Shown in pieces: positions 35,151-43,677 of a stretch of 45,866 nucleotides of DNA. The notes beneath the pieces were generated by a model. It worked only from the letters and a program-made list of their open reading frames with translations. It made no database searches and was not told the origin of the DNA. The translations under genes and the position numbers were made by a program. Positions within the stretch are counted from its first letter, which is position 1. Each line of letters starts with the position of its first letter. This stretch comes from Betaproteobacteria bacterium RIFCSPLOWO2_02_FULL_65_20. Lineage in GTDB: Bacteria; Pseudomonadota; Gammaproteobacteria; Burkholderiales; SG8-39. The stretch lies in the NCBI GenBank assembly GCA_001770425.1, contig MEQZ01000087.1, positions 1 to 45,866 on the forward strand. Direction: 5' to 3'.

Positions 35151-37030
35151 TGCGCCACCACCTTGCGTCTGCGCGCGAAACCGAGAACCAGCCCGACAAG
35201 GGAAATCAGAATCGGCAACGCCGCGATGTTCGCGACCTTGGTCCAGAACTCCAGCGCTTCGCTGTCGGCGCGCAGCTCCTTGCGCACTTCCTTGAGCTCG
35301 CGCCGGGTTTGCACCGCCTTTGCGCGGAAGCTTTCGAGCTCGGCCTGCTGCGCCGCCGAGAGGATTGCGGTCTGCCCCGGTGTCTTCTGCTTCTGCAATG
35401 CGCCGAGCTTCTGCTGCGCCTGCGCAAGACTGTCCTCGAGTTCCTTGATCTTGCCCAGGTAGCGCTGCTGCGCGCGCGCCTCCATCTCCCGTATCACCGT
35501 GAACGGCCGCGTAGCGGTTGCCCGCGTGCGCAGACTGATCAGGCTGGTGTCGCCCGCCACCTGCTCGACCAGCGCCTGGGCGAACGCGAGGTTACCGTTT
35601 TGCGGAACGACGATCCGCTGCCCGAAGACCTCCTGGATGGACACGGCCGCAGCGTCATTGATGAAATCGGTGTCCCCGACCAGGACCACGGCGTTCTCGT
35701 CTTTGGCAGCGACCAGGTGGGGCCGGGCGGCGGCGGCAGCTTTTCCGTCACCCTGCTTGTCGCCCTTCGCACCCGCTTTTTCAGGACTGGCCGGCCGGCC
35801 CTCCGGAAACGCCGTCTTGAAACGCCCGGTCAGCCGTATGGCGAGCGGATATTCCTTGCCGGACGGCGCGAAGTCCTTCGCAGCGGCATCGCCCTGTGTC
35901 ATCGCCGCGGACGAATCGGAGAGCCTGGAGAACGTCGATGACTTGATGAGCTCCGTCTGCCGGATGCCATCGGCCGGCGTGCCGCTGAACGCGCCGGAGA
36001 ACGGCACCAGCAGGAAACCCAGGCGGCTGGTCGTGACATCGTCCGCGTTGAGCGCGGCACCGGACAGCGACAGCAGCGTCGGCATCGCACGCGGCCCGGC
36101 GCCGGAGCCGAATTTCATGTCGGTCACGACCTTCGTGGCGTCGTAACCGACGCCCCAGGCCTTGAGCAACCTGTCCAGCGAGGACGCGCTGCCGCCTTGG
36201 GCGCGTCCCATGCCCGGCATCTGGTCGAAATAGGCGTAGGCATCGAGCATCGCGATCAGCCGTCCGCCGCGCAGCACGAACTGATCGATGGCGTACTGCG
36301 CCTGCTCGGTAATTCCTCGCGGGTGTATGACCAGAAGCACGCCGATGTCGTCGTCGATCCGTTCCGCATTCGGATCGACGTGCTTGACGTTGTAGTCGCG
36401 CCTGAGTTCCGAGATGAACACCCAGGGCGCCTGCGCGGGCATCCCCATCATCGGGTTGCCGCCCGAGCCGAATGCGGGCAGCGGCGTCATGACGCCGATC
36501 ACCGGCTTCTTGGCCGTCGCCGTCCTGCCGATCGCGCGCGTGAGATCGTATTCGAGTAGCCGTTCGCGGTCGAGCGTCAGGGCGGGTAGCGCAAACTTCT
36601 GGTCGATCTGGCTGACCGACAGCCCGAGATAGAAACGGTCGCCCGCGCCGGTGACCTGCGCCTCGACGCCGTCCAGTGCCGCCGAGTCCTCGGCATCCGA
36701 GTCCGGCTGAGGGTCGAACTTCTCGACGATGATCTTGCCTCCCGATGCCTGCCTGAATTCGCCCAGCAGGTCTTCCACGCGGCGGCCGAATGCCTTGAGG
36801 GCCAGCGGCACGCCGGCATCGCTCTGGCTGAAGTAAAAGCGGATTTTCACCGGCGATTCGAGCTTCGCTATCACGACCCTGGTGCCTTCGGACAGCGTGT
36901 AGATTCCGCCATCGGTCAGGTCGATGCGCTGCTTGAAGGCGCCGAGCACGAAGTTGGCGAGCACCAGGATCACCAGCACGACGACGACCCCGCCGGCCGA
37001 GTACAACTGCGTCCGGTATTTATTCAGCAT
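35147..37030 (-). CDS. GldG-family ABC-transporter auxiliary protein (627 aa)
   Basis: It has an N-terminal TM segment (GGVVVVLVILVLANFVL) and the GldG-type pattern RIDLTDGGIYTLSEGT..VKIRFYFS. Its large periplasmic region ends in a coiled-coil stretch and a C-terminal TM segment (ANIAALPILISLVGLVLGF). Confidence 0.7.
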   Translation of the reverse strand: MLNKYRTQLYSAGGVVVVLVILVLANFVLGAFKQRIDLTDGGIYTLSEGTRVVIAKLESPVKIRFYFSQSDAGVPLALKAFGRRVEDLLGEFRQASGGKIIVEKFDPQPDSDAEDSAALDGVEAQVTGAGDRFYLGLSVSQIDQKFALPALTLDRERLLEYDLTRAIGRTATAKKPVIGVMTPLPAFGSGGNPMMGMPAQAPWVFISELRRDYNVKHVDPNAERIDDDIGVLLVIHPRGITEQAQYAIDQFVLRGGRLIAMLDAYAYFDQMPGMGRAQGGSASSLDRLLKAWGVGYDATKVVTDMKFGSGAGPRAMPTLLSLSGAALNADDVTTSRLGFLLVPFSGAFSGTPADGIRQTELIKSSTFSRLSDSSAAMTQGDAAAKDFAPSGKEYPLAIRLTGRFKTAFPEGRPASPEKAGAKGDKQGDGKAAAAARPHLVAAKDENAVVLVGDTDFINDAAAVSIQEVFGQRIVVPQNGNLAFAQALVEQVAGDTSLISLRTRATATRPFTVIREMEARAQQRYLGKIKELEDSLAQAQQKLGALQKQKTPGQTAILSAAQQAELESFRAKAVQTRRELKEVRKELRADSEALEFWTKVANIAALPILISLVGLVLGFARRRKVVAQ

Positions 37031-37061
37031 GGTCCACTCCTCGACAGCGCGCGCGGCCTCA

Positions 37062-37805
37062 TCATCCGGCCCGATGGCTGCGGATGATCACGTCGGTGGT
37101 GAACAGCGCGAATGCGATCACCGACAGGAAATACAGCACGTCGCGCGTATCGATGACCCCATTCTGCAGGCCATCGAAGTGCGTGAGAACGGAAAATCCC
37201 GCAACCGATTCGACGACCGACGGACTTGCCCAGCGCGCGAGCAGGTCGGTCACCGGGTTGAATCCGACCAGGATCAGGATGAGGCAAAGCATGACTGCGA
37301 TGATGAAGCTGACCACCTGGCTGCGCGCCAGCGCCGAGGTCATGCAGGACAGGGCCAGATAGGCCCCCGCCAGGAGCACGCTCCCGACGTAGCCGCAGGC
37401 GATGACGCCGTTGTCCGGATCGCCGAGCACGTTCACGGTGATCACCACCGGAAAAGTAAGCGCCAATGCGATGACCAGAAACAGCCAGGACGCGAGGAAT
37501 TTCCCGAGTATCGCCTGCCAGGTCGTGACCGGAAGCGTCAGCAACAGCTCGATCGTGCCCAGCCGCCGCTCATCGGACCACAACCGCATCCCGACTGCCG
37601 GCACCAGCAGCAGGAACAGCCACGGCATCCAGGCGAAGAATGCACCGAGCGAAGCCTCGCCGCGCTCGAAGAAACCGCCGAACGTAAACGTGAAGAAGCC
37701 GGCGAGCAGCAGGAAGATCACCAGGAAAACATAGGCCACCGGCGACTCGAAATACGCAGCAAGCTCGCGTCGGGCGATAATCCGAATGACGGCCGAGGCG
37801 CTCAT
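37062..37805 (-). CDS. ABC-2 type transporter permease (GldF-like, 247 aa)
   Basis: IARRELAAYFESPVAYVFLVIFLLLAGFF is followed by six predicted TM segments. The ATG 37805 overlaps the ATPase stop (ATGA). Confidence 0.8.
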   Translation of the reverse strand: MSASAVIRIIARRELAAYFESPVAYVFLVIFLLLAGFFTFTFGGFFERGEASLGAFFAWMPWLFLLLVPAVGMRLWSDERRLGTIELLLTLPVTTWQAILGKFLASWLFLVIALALTFPVVITVNVLGDPDNGVIACGYVGSVLLAGAYLALSCMTSALARSQVVSFIIAVMLCLILILVGFNPVTDLLARWASPSVVESVAGFSVLTHFDGLQNGVIDTRDVLYFLSVIAFALFTTDVIIRSHRAG

Positions 37806-38545
37806 GCTGCCTCCTTTACGGCATGGGCCGTATCGGGCAGGGTGATCGCGCGGAAGAAATCCTCCAGCCTTCCTGATTCCGAGCGCGCTTTCAGTTCCTG
37901 CGGCGTGCCGTTGGCGACGATGCGCCCGCGGTCGATGATGATCGCGCGCGTGCACACGGCTTCGACTTCCTCGAGGATGTGGGTCGAGAAAATGATTGCC
38001 TTGTTCTCGCCCATGCGGCGGATGAGCGTGCGCGCCTCGTGCTTCTGGTTCGGGTCCAGACCGTCGGTCGGCTCATCCATCACCAGAACCTCCGGGTCGT
38101 GGATGATGGCCTGCGCGAAACAGGTGCGGTGCCTGAACCCCTTGGAGAGCGTGTCGATGGTCTGGTTGTACACCGACTCGAGAAAGCAGGTTTCGACCGC
38201 GCGCTGCACGGCCCGTCTGCACTCCTCGCCGCGCAGTCCCCGGATCTCGGCTGCGAACTTGAGAAACGAGCGCACCGTCATCTCCTGGTAGGACGGCGCC
38301 GACTCGGGCAGATAGCCGATCCTGCGCTTGCCGGGAATCGGGTCCTCAAGCATGTTGAATCCGCACACGCTGATCTTGCCGCAGGTCGGCGGGATGAAGC
38401 CGGTGATCATGCGCATGGTGGTCGATTTGCCGGCGCCGTTGGGCCCCAGAAAGCCGACCACCTCACCCTTGCTCACCTCGAAGGAAACATCGTCCACCGC
38501 GAGCTTCGCGCCGAACGCCTTGGACAGATTTTCAACCTTGATCAT
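37802..38545 (-). CDS. ABC transporter ATP-binding protein (GldA-like, 247 aa)
   Basis: It starts MIKVENLSKAFG, with Walker A GPNGAGKST, a degenerate signature (LSKGFRHR) and Walker B VLVMDEPTDGLD. The start is ATG 38545, preceded by AGGGGA. Confidence 0.88.
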   Translation of the reverse strand: MIKVENLSKAFGAKLAVDDVSFEVSKGEVVGFLGPNGAGKSTTMRMITGFIPPTCGKISVCGFNMLEDPIPGKRRIGYLPESAPSYQEMTVRSFLKFAAEIRGLRGEECRRAVQRAVETCFLESVYNQTIDTLSKGFRHRTCFAQAIIHDPEVLVMDEPTDGLDPNQKHEARTLIRRMGENKAIIFSTHILEEVEAVCTRAIIIDRGRIVANGTPQELKARSESGRLEDFFRAITLPDTAHAVKEAA

Positions 38546-38593
38546 CGCTTGTATCCCCTGTTGTGTGCTGGATGCGATTTTTTTCGACCCGCA

Positions 38594-38621
38594 AGTATAG
38601 GGGCCTGCGCCGCGATTGCAA
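38594..38621 (-). promoter_or_regulatory. candidate sigma70 promoter of the ABC-2/GldG/DUF4340 operon
   Basis: The minus strand reads TTGCAA-16 nt-TATACT, about 50 nt upstream of the ATPase ATG. Confidence 0.4.
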
Positions 38622-38720
38622 GCCCCGTGCGTCCTGAGGGCGCTGCCGCCACCCCTACAGACCCATGTACACGAGCGGAAGTTCCATTGACTGAATAGCC
38701 GGTCGCGCTGCGAGCGCCGA

Positions 38721-39431
38721 CTAAACCGCCAGATGGGCACTGCGAACCGCATCGTCCGCATCCAGCTCAGCCATGGTGCCATTGAAACGGACCCGGCCTT
38801 TTTCGATGATATAGGCGCGGTCCGCCACGGCCGCGGCAAAATGCAGGTTCTGCTCCGAAAGCAGCACGGACAGACCCTCGGATTTCATTTCCAGGACCGC
38901 TGCCGCCATCTGGTCGACGATCACCGGCGCCAGGCCCTCGGAGGGCTCGTCCAGCAGGATGCACGCCGGGTTGCCCATGAGCGTGCGCGCAATGGCCAGC
39001 ATCTGCTGCTCGCCGCCGGACATCTGCGCAGCGGGCCGGTCGCCGGTCTCGGCAAGATTCGGAAAAAGTTTGTACAGCTTCTCCAGGGTCCAGCTGGGCA
39101 CGCCCTGCCGCGCAGGCTGACGACCGACCTCGATATTTTCCAGCACCGTGAGATCGGTGAAAATGCGCCGGTCCTCGGGTACGTAGCCCAGGCCCCGCCG
39201 GGCGATCTGGAACGGCTGCAGCCGGTCGATGCGCTCGCCGCAAAACACCACCTCGCCTGCCGACGGCGGCACCAGCCCGATCAGCGCCTTCAGCGTGGTC
39301 GACTTGCCCGCCCCGTTTCGCCCGAGCAGCACCACCACTTCGCCGGCCGCGGCTTCGAGAGCCACGTCGAACAGGATGTGCGCCTGGCCGTAATACGCAT
39401 TCAGACGCTTCGCAGACAGCATGGGTGGCAT
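38721..39431 (-). CDS. livF: branched-chain amino acid-type ABC transporter ATP-binding protein (LivF-like, about 236 aa)
   Basis: MLSAKRLNAYYG, Walker A GRNGAGKST, signature MSGGEQQMLAI and Walker B ILLDEPSEGLAP are present. Candidate starts are ATG 39431, ATG 39422 and TTG 39446; the last overlaps the livG stop as TTGA. Confidence 0.88.
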   Translation of the reverse strand: MPPMLSAKRLNAYYGQAHILFDVALEAAAGEVVVLLGRNGAGKSTTLKALIGLVPPSAGEVVFCGERIDRLQPFQIARRGLGYVPEDRRIFTDLTVLENIEVGRQPARQGVPSWTLEKLYKLFPNLAETGDRPAAQMSGGEQQMLAIARTLMGNPACILLDEPSEGLAPVIVDQMAAAVLEMKSEGLSVLLSEQNLHFAAAVADRAYIIEKGRVRFNGTMAELDADDAVRSAHLAV

Positions 39432-39442
39432 GGCGGCGCCGC

Positions 39443-40201
39443 TCAATGCCGCGATCCGAGGTAGACCTGGCGCACCTGGGCGTTCGCTCGCACTTCGTCC
39501 GGCACCCCTTCGGCGATCACTGACCCGCGGTTCAGCACGACGATACGGTCGGCGTGCGCGAACACCACGTCCATGTCGTGCTCGGTGAACAGCGCTGCAA
39601 TCCGGCGCTCGCGCACGATGTCCGCTGTAAGTGCCATCAGCTCTATACGCTCCGCCGGCGCCATGCCAGCCGTGGGCTCGTCCATGAGCAACAGCTGCGG
39701 GGCGTTGGCAAGCGCCATCGCCAGTTCAACCCGCTTCAGATCGCCGTAGGCAAGCACCGAGCACGGGCGCTCTGCCTGGTCGGCCATGCCCACGCGCGCG
39801 AGCAGCGCGTGCGCTTCCTCGCGATAAAGATGCGCGGCACGCAGCCACCAGCTGGCCAGGCGATGGTGATACGAGAGCAACGCCATCTGCACGTTTTCGC
39901 GCACGGTCATCGATGCGAACGTGGCCGTGATCTGGAAGGTGCGTCCGACCCCGAGCCGCCATATCTGGCGCGGTGCGCGTCCGACCACCTCGACGCCGCC
40001 GATGCGCACGCTGCCCGAGTCGGGCCTGAGCTGGCCGTTGACCATGTTGAAGCAGGTGGTCTTTCCAGCGCCGTTCGGGCCTATCATCGCCACCAGCTGC
40101 CCAGCCTCGACGGCGAAGCTGGCCTCCCGCACCGCCTGAACGCCGCCGAACGACTTTGCCAGAGCGGACACGACGAGGACGCTGCCGCGCAGGATGGTCA
40201 A
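39443..40201 (-). CDS. livG: branched-chain amino acid-type ABC transporter ATP-binding protein (LivG-like, 252 aa, TTG start)
   Basis: Only the last 252 aa of the 716-aa track ORF are real: SALAKSFGGVQAV, Walker A GPNGAGKTT, a degenerate signature (LAYGDLKRVELA) and Walker B LLLMDEPTAGMAP. TTG 40201 overlaps the permease stop (TTGA) and is preceded by GGAGG. Confidence 0.85.
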   Translation of the reverse strand: MTILRGSVLVVSALAKSFGGVQAVREASFAVEAGQLVAMIGPNGAGKTTCFNMVNGQLRPDSGSVRIGGVEVVGRAPRQIWRLGVGRTFQITATFASMTVRENVQMALLSYHHRLASWWLRAAHLYREEAHALLARVGMADQAERPCSVLAYGDLKRVELAMALANAPQLLLMDEPTAGMAPAERIELMALTADIVRERRIAALFTEHDMDVVFAHADRIVVLNRGSVIAEGVPDEVRANAQVRQVYLGSRH

Positions 40202-42081
40202 GCGGCCTCCGATCGGGCCCAACGCCGTCGCGCGAAGCCGGCGATGCCCTGCGGAAAGACGAGCACGAGCGCGATGATGATGGCGCCCAGCAGAGCGCGC
40301 CAGTAATCCGTGTTCCGAACAACGGTGTCCTGAAGCCAGGTCAGCACGGCAGCGCCCACGACCGGTCCGGACGCGGTGTGGATGCCTCCCAGCAGCACCA
40401 TCACCAGAGCGTCCACCGAAAGCGGGATGCCCAGGGTCTCCGGCGATATGCTGCCTTTGGAAAACGCATAGATCGCACCGGCGAGCCCGGCGAAGGTTCC
40501 CACCAGGACGAACGCCGCCCATTGCAGCCGCGCCAGATCGATACCGATCGCGTCGCAGCGCAGCGGCGAGTCGCGCCCGGCGCGCAGCGCACAGCCGTAG
40601 GGGGAGTACACGATCCGGCGCAGCAGCCAGATGCCGCACCCGCAAAGCGTGAATGCAAGGTAATAGAACGCCGTCTTGGATGCGAGCCATGGCGCGGGCC
40701 AGACTCCGACTAACCCGTTGGATCCGCCGGTGAACTGGTCCCACTGATACACGATCGACCATGCGATCTGCGCGAATGCGAGCGTGAGCATCGCCAGGTA
40801 TACGCCGGAAAGCCGCACGCAGAACCACCCGAACACCACGGCGCCCAGCGCGGCTGCGAGCGGCCCGCCGGCCAGCGCGAACTCCATGGGCAATCCCGCT
40901 TTCTTCACCAGCAACGCCGCACCGTAGGCCCCCAGCCCGAAATACGCCGCATGGCCGAAGGAGACCAAGCCCGCCGGTCCCATGAGAAATTGCAGGCTCG
41001 CGGCGAACAGCGCGTACACCAGGATGTCGATCAGAAGCACGATGGTGTAGGGCTGGGCGACGAACGGCATCACGGCCAGCGCGCCAGCGACGGCGAGCAC
41101 AGCGATCTGCATGGCGCGCCCGGCCGCCGGCCGCTCCCGCGCGCCCGCGGCGATCCGTTGCGCTCCCTGCTGCCTGCCGAGCAGCCCCCACGGACGCATG
41201 ACCAGCACGATCGCCATGACGATGAATTCGGCCACCAGCGTGAGTTTGGAGAGCGAGACGCTGTAACCCAGGAACCCGACCTGCCCGATGCCGACGCAGT
41301 ACGCCTTGATCTCGCCGATGATGAACGCTGCCAGCGCTGCGCCCGGGATGCTGCCCATGCCGCCCACGACGACCACGACGAAGGCATCGGCGATCACGCC
41401 CATATCGAGGAACAGCTGCGCCGGTTCCCTGGGAATCTGCAGCGCTCCACCCAGGCCGGCAAGCGCCGAGCCGAGGGCGAATACCGCGGTGAAAAGCCAC
41501 TTCTGGTTGACGCCCAGCGCGCCCGCCATTTCGCGGTCCTGCGTGGCTGCGCGCACCAGCGTGCCCCATCGTGTACGGTTGAGCAGCAGCCACAGCAGAC
41601 CCAGCACCAGCGGGCCGATGAAGACCAGCGCAAGGTCATACTCCGGAAACGGCCTGCCCAGAATCTCCACCGAGCCGCCCAGTCCCGGCGCGCGCGGTCC
41701 GAGGAGATCTTCAGGACCCCAGGCCCAGAGCACATAATCCTTGATGACCAGCACGATGCCGAAGGTCGCCAGCAGTTGAAACATTTCGGGCGCATGGTAG
41801 ATGCGCCGCAGCAGCAGGATTTCGATCAGCGCCCCCAGCGCTCCGACGACCATCGCCGCCACCAGTATGCCGCCCCAGAAGCCCGCCGGTCCCAGCCCGC
41901 CGCCTGCGCCGGCCCGGCTGATGATGCTATAGGCGACATAGATGCCCAGCATGTAGAACGACCCGTGCGCGAAGTTGACGATGCGCGTCACCCCGAAAAT
42001 GAGCGACAGGCCCACTGCGACCAGGAACAGGGTCGAGGCGCCGGCCAGTCCGTTCAGGAATTGGATGACGAGGCTGGACAC
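40198..42081 (-). CDS. fused LivH-LivM type ABC transporter permease (about 627 aa, GTG start)
   Basis: The N-terminal half is LivH-like (LVIQFLNGLAGASTLFLVAVGLSLIFG..ATQDREMAGALGVN..VMRPWGLLGR). The C-terminal half is LivM-like (LVSFGHAAYFGLGAYGAALL..CDAIGID..GGIHTASGPVVGA). One frame joins them with no stop in the Arg/Ala linker. The track start 42171 runs through repeat copy E, so GTG 42081 was used; it is preceded by AGGGA. Confidence 0.82.
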   Translation of the reverse strand: MSSLVIQFLNGLAGASTLFLVAVGLSLIFGVTRIVNFAHGSFYMLGIYVAYSIISRAGAGGGLGPAGFWGGILVAAMVVGALGALIEILLLRRIYHAPEMFQLLATFGIVLVIKDYVLWAWGPEDLLGPRAPGLGGSVEILGRPFPEYDLALVFIGPLVLGLLWLLLNRTRWGTLVRAATQDREMAGALGVNQKWLFTAVFALGSALAGLGGALQIPREPAQLFLDMGVIADAFVVVVVGGMGSIPGAALAAFIIGEIKAYCVGIGQVGFLGYSVSLSKLTLVAEFIVMAIVLVMRPWGLLGRQQGAQRIAAGARERPAAGRAMQIAVLAVAGALAVMPFVAQPYTIVLLIDILVYALFAASLQFLMGPAGLVSFGHAAYFGLGAYGAALLVKKAGLPMEFALAGGPLAAALGAVVFGWFCVRLSGVYLAMLTLAFAQIAWSIVYQWDQFTGGSNGLVGVWPAPWLASKTAFYYLAFTLCGCGIWLLRRIVYSPYGCALRAGRDSPLRCDAIGIDLARLQWAAFVLVGTFAGLAGAIYAFSKGSISPETLGIPLSVDALVMVLLGGIHTASGPVVGAAVLTWLQDTVVRNTDYWRALLGAIIIALVLVFPQGIAGFARRRWARSEAA

Positions 42082-42100
42082 GATGTCCCTGGTCTCGATT

Positions 42101-42244
42101 GACTCAAGTATTGCAGGTGAAGAATTTGGGTTTATTAGGTCTCCCGATTTCCGGAAGTCGCAACTTCGCAACTTCCGGAAATCGGGAGATTAGGAAAAGC
42201 AAAATCGACCAGGTCTGGTTGGTTCCGGCTTGTCCGGTTTAGGG
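42101..42244 (+). repeat. palindrome-core intergenic repeat, copy E (core 42140..42189), loop flipped relative to flanks
   Basis: The core is TCTCCCGATTTCCGGAAGTCGC-AACTTC-GCAACTTCCGGAAATCGGGAGA, with one C-A mismatch on the plus strand that becomes G-U on the minus strand. The left flank GACTCAAGTATTGCAGGTGAAGAATTTGGGTTTATTAGG aligns with copy A. The right flank TTAGGAAAAGCAAAATCGACCAGG..GGTTCCGGCTTGTCCGGTTTAGGG aligns with copies D and B. Confidence 0.88.
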
Positions 42245-42312
42245 ACGACATCGCGAGCCGAGCCATTGGGTTCAGGCTATGCCGGCTCGATGACTTCGGC
42301 GATCCGACTGCG

Positions 42313-43521
42313 CTACTGCGCAGGCCGCATCCTGCGGACTTCGTCGTCGCTCGGCATGAACTTCGCGCCATCGGCATAGCTGAAATCGGTCATCACGCCC
42401 CGTCCGTCCTTGAGCGCGGTTCTGCCCACGTAGGCGCCCATGGTGGACTGGTGATCGAGGGCGCGGTAGGTGATCTTTCCGAACGGCGAATCCACCTGCA
42501 GCCCTTCCATCGCCGCCACGAGCTTTTCCGAATCGAGGCTGCCCGCCCGCTTCATGGCCGCCACTGCGCTCGCCACCGTCGTATAGCCGACCACCGAACC
42601 CAGGCGCGGATGGTCGCCGTATTTCTTCTGGTAGGCATCAAGGAAGCGCTTGTGCTCCGGCGTGCCGATGGCATACCAGGGATAACCCGTGACGTACCAG
42701 CCGCTGGGCGCCTCATCCTTGAGCGGATCCAGGTATTCGGGCTCCCCGCCCAGCAGGTTGAACACCTCCCTCCCCTTGAACAGTCCGCGCGTATTGCCCT
42801 CGCGCACGAAGCGCGCCAGATCAGCGCCGAACAGCGAGGAGAAGATCGCGTCCGGCTTTGCATCGGCAAGCGCCTGCGCCACCGCCCCGCCATCGATCTT
42901 GCCGAGCGGCGCTGCCTGCTCCGCAACGAACTCGACATCCGGCTGCGCCTTTTTCAGGAGCGCCTTGAACGCCGCCGTTGCAGACTGGCCGTATTCGTAG
43001 TTCGGGTACACGATCGCCCAGCGTTTCTTCTTCAACCTGGCCGCCTCGGGAATCAGCATTGCCGTCTGCATGTAGGTCGACGCGCGCAGGCGGAAGGTAT
43101 AGCGGTTGCCGCTCTGCCAGGTGATCTTGTCGGTGAGCGGCTCGGCGGCGATGAACAGGACCTTCTTCTGCCTGGCGAAATCCGCAACGGCCAGTCCGAC
43201 GTTGGATGCGAACGTGCCCATCAGAAACTGCACGTTCTCCCGCGACAGCAACTCCTCGGCCACCCGCACCGCGTCCCCCGGGTTGCCGTTGTCATCGCGG
43301 GAAACGATCTCGATCTTGCGGCCGAACACGCCGCCGGAGGCGTTCGCCTGCTCCAGCGCAAGTTCCATCCCCTTCCTGTACGGATCGAGGAACGCGGGGA
43401 AGACCTTGTAGCTGTTCAGTTCGCCCAGCTTGATCGCGCCCTGGGCGAGCGCCTCGGCCGGCAGCAAGGCTGTCAACGCAAGGCCGGCGGCAACGAGGAA
43501 ATGAACTCCGTTTCTTCTCAT
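42313..43521 (-). CDS. ABC transporter substrate-binding protein, LivJ/K (type 1 periplasmic binding fold) family (402 aa)
   Basis: The signal peptide is MRRNGVHFLVAAGLALTALLPAEALAQG, followed by IKLGELNS..GGVFGRKIEIVSRDDNGNPGDAV, which is typical of the Leu/Ile/Val-binding protein family. Confidence 0.85.
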   Translation of the reverse strand: MRRNGVHFLVAAGLALTALLPAEALAQGAIKLGELNSYKVFPAFLDPYRKGMELALEQANASGGVFGRKIEIVSRDDNGNPGDAVRVAEELLSRENVQFLMGTFASNVGLAVADFARQKKVLFIAAEPLTDKITWQSGNRYTFRLRASTYMQTAMLIPEAARLKKKRWAIVYPNYEYGQSATAAFKALLKKAQPDVEFVAEQAAPLGKIDGGAVAQALADAKPDAIFSSLFGADLARFVREGNTRGLFKGREVFNLLGGEPEYLDPLKDEAPSGWYVTGYPWYAIGTPEHKRFLDAYQKKYGDHPRLGSVVGYTTVASAVAAMKRAGSLDSEKLVAAMEGLQVDSPFGKITYRALDHQSTMGAYVGRTALKDGRGVMTDFSYADGAKFMPSDDEVRRMRPAQ

Positions 43522-43677
43522 GACTCACTATCCGTCAGCAGGTGAATATTCCTCTGGCCCGGGTCTCGGGCATGCAGGACTATACCACCGCGCGGCTGCC
43601 GCCAATTGGCGCAACGGTTGCGTCGCACCGGCCTTGCCTGCGATGATGGAGCCCGCGAAAACATGTAGGAAACCACC

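Noticed and set aside
41150-41250. The LivH-LivM junction as a frameshifted pseudogene
   Set aside because: A single uninterrupted frame runs through both halves with intact motifs on each side. It reads as a genuine fusion unless a sequencing error is shown.
40202-41593. N-terminal 464 aa of the 716-aa track ORF 39443..41593
   Set aside because: It is out of frame over the LivH-LivM permease. Only the last 252 aa form an ABC ATPase. TTG 40201, with a GGAGG SD, is the sensible start.
42082-42171. Permease start at the track position 42171
   Set aside because: That start would translate repeat copy E (MRSCDFRKSGD...). GTG 42081, with an AGGGA SD, gives a LivH-like N-terminus.
41975-42193. 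Small ORFs reading through the repeats (peptides such as [18 protein letters not shown]; also 20638..20889, 33886..34098, 42135..42377)
   Set aside because: The apparent peptide similarity merely reflects the nucleotide repeat. The ORFs occur in different frames and strands and lack SDs.
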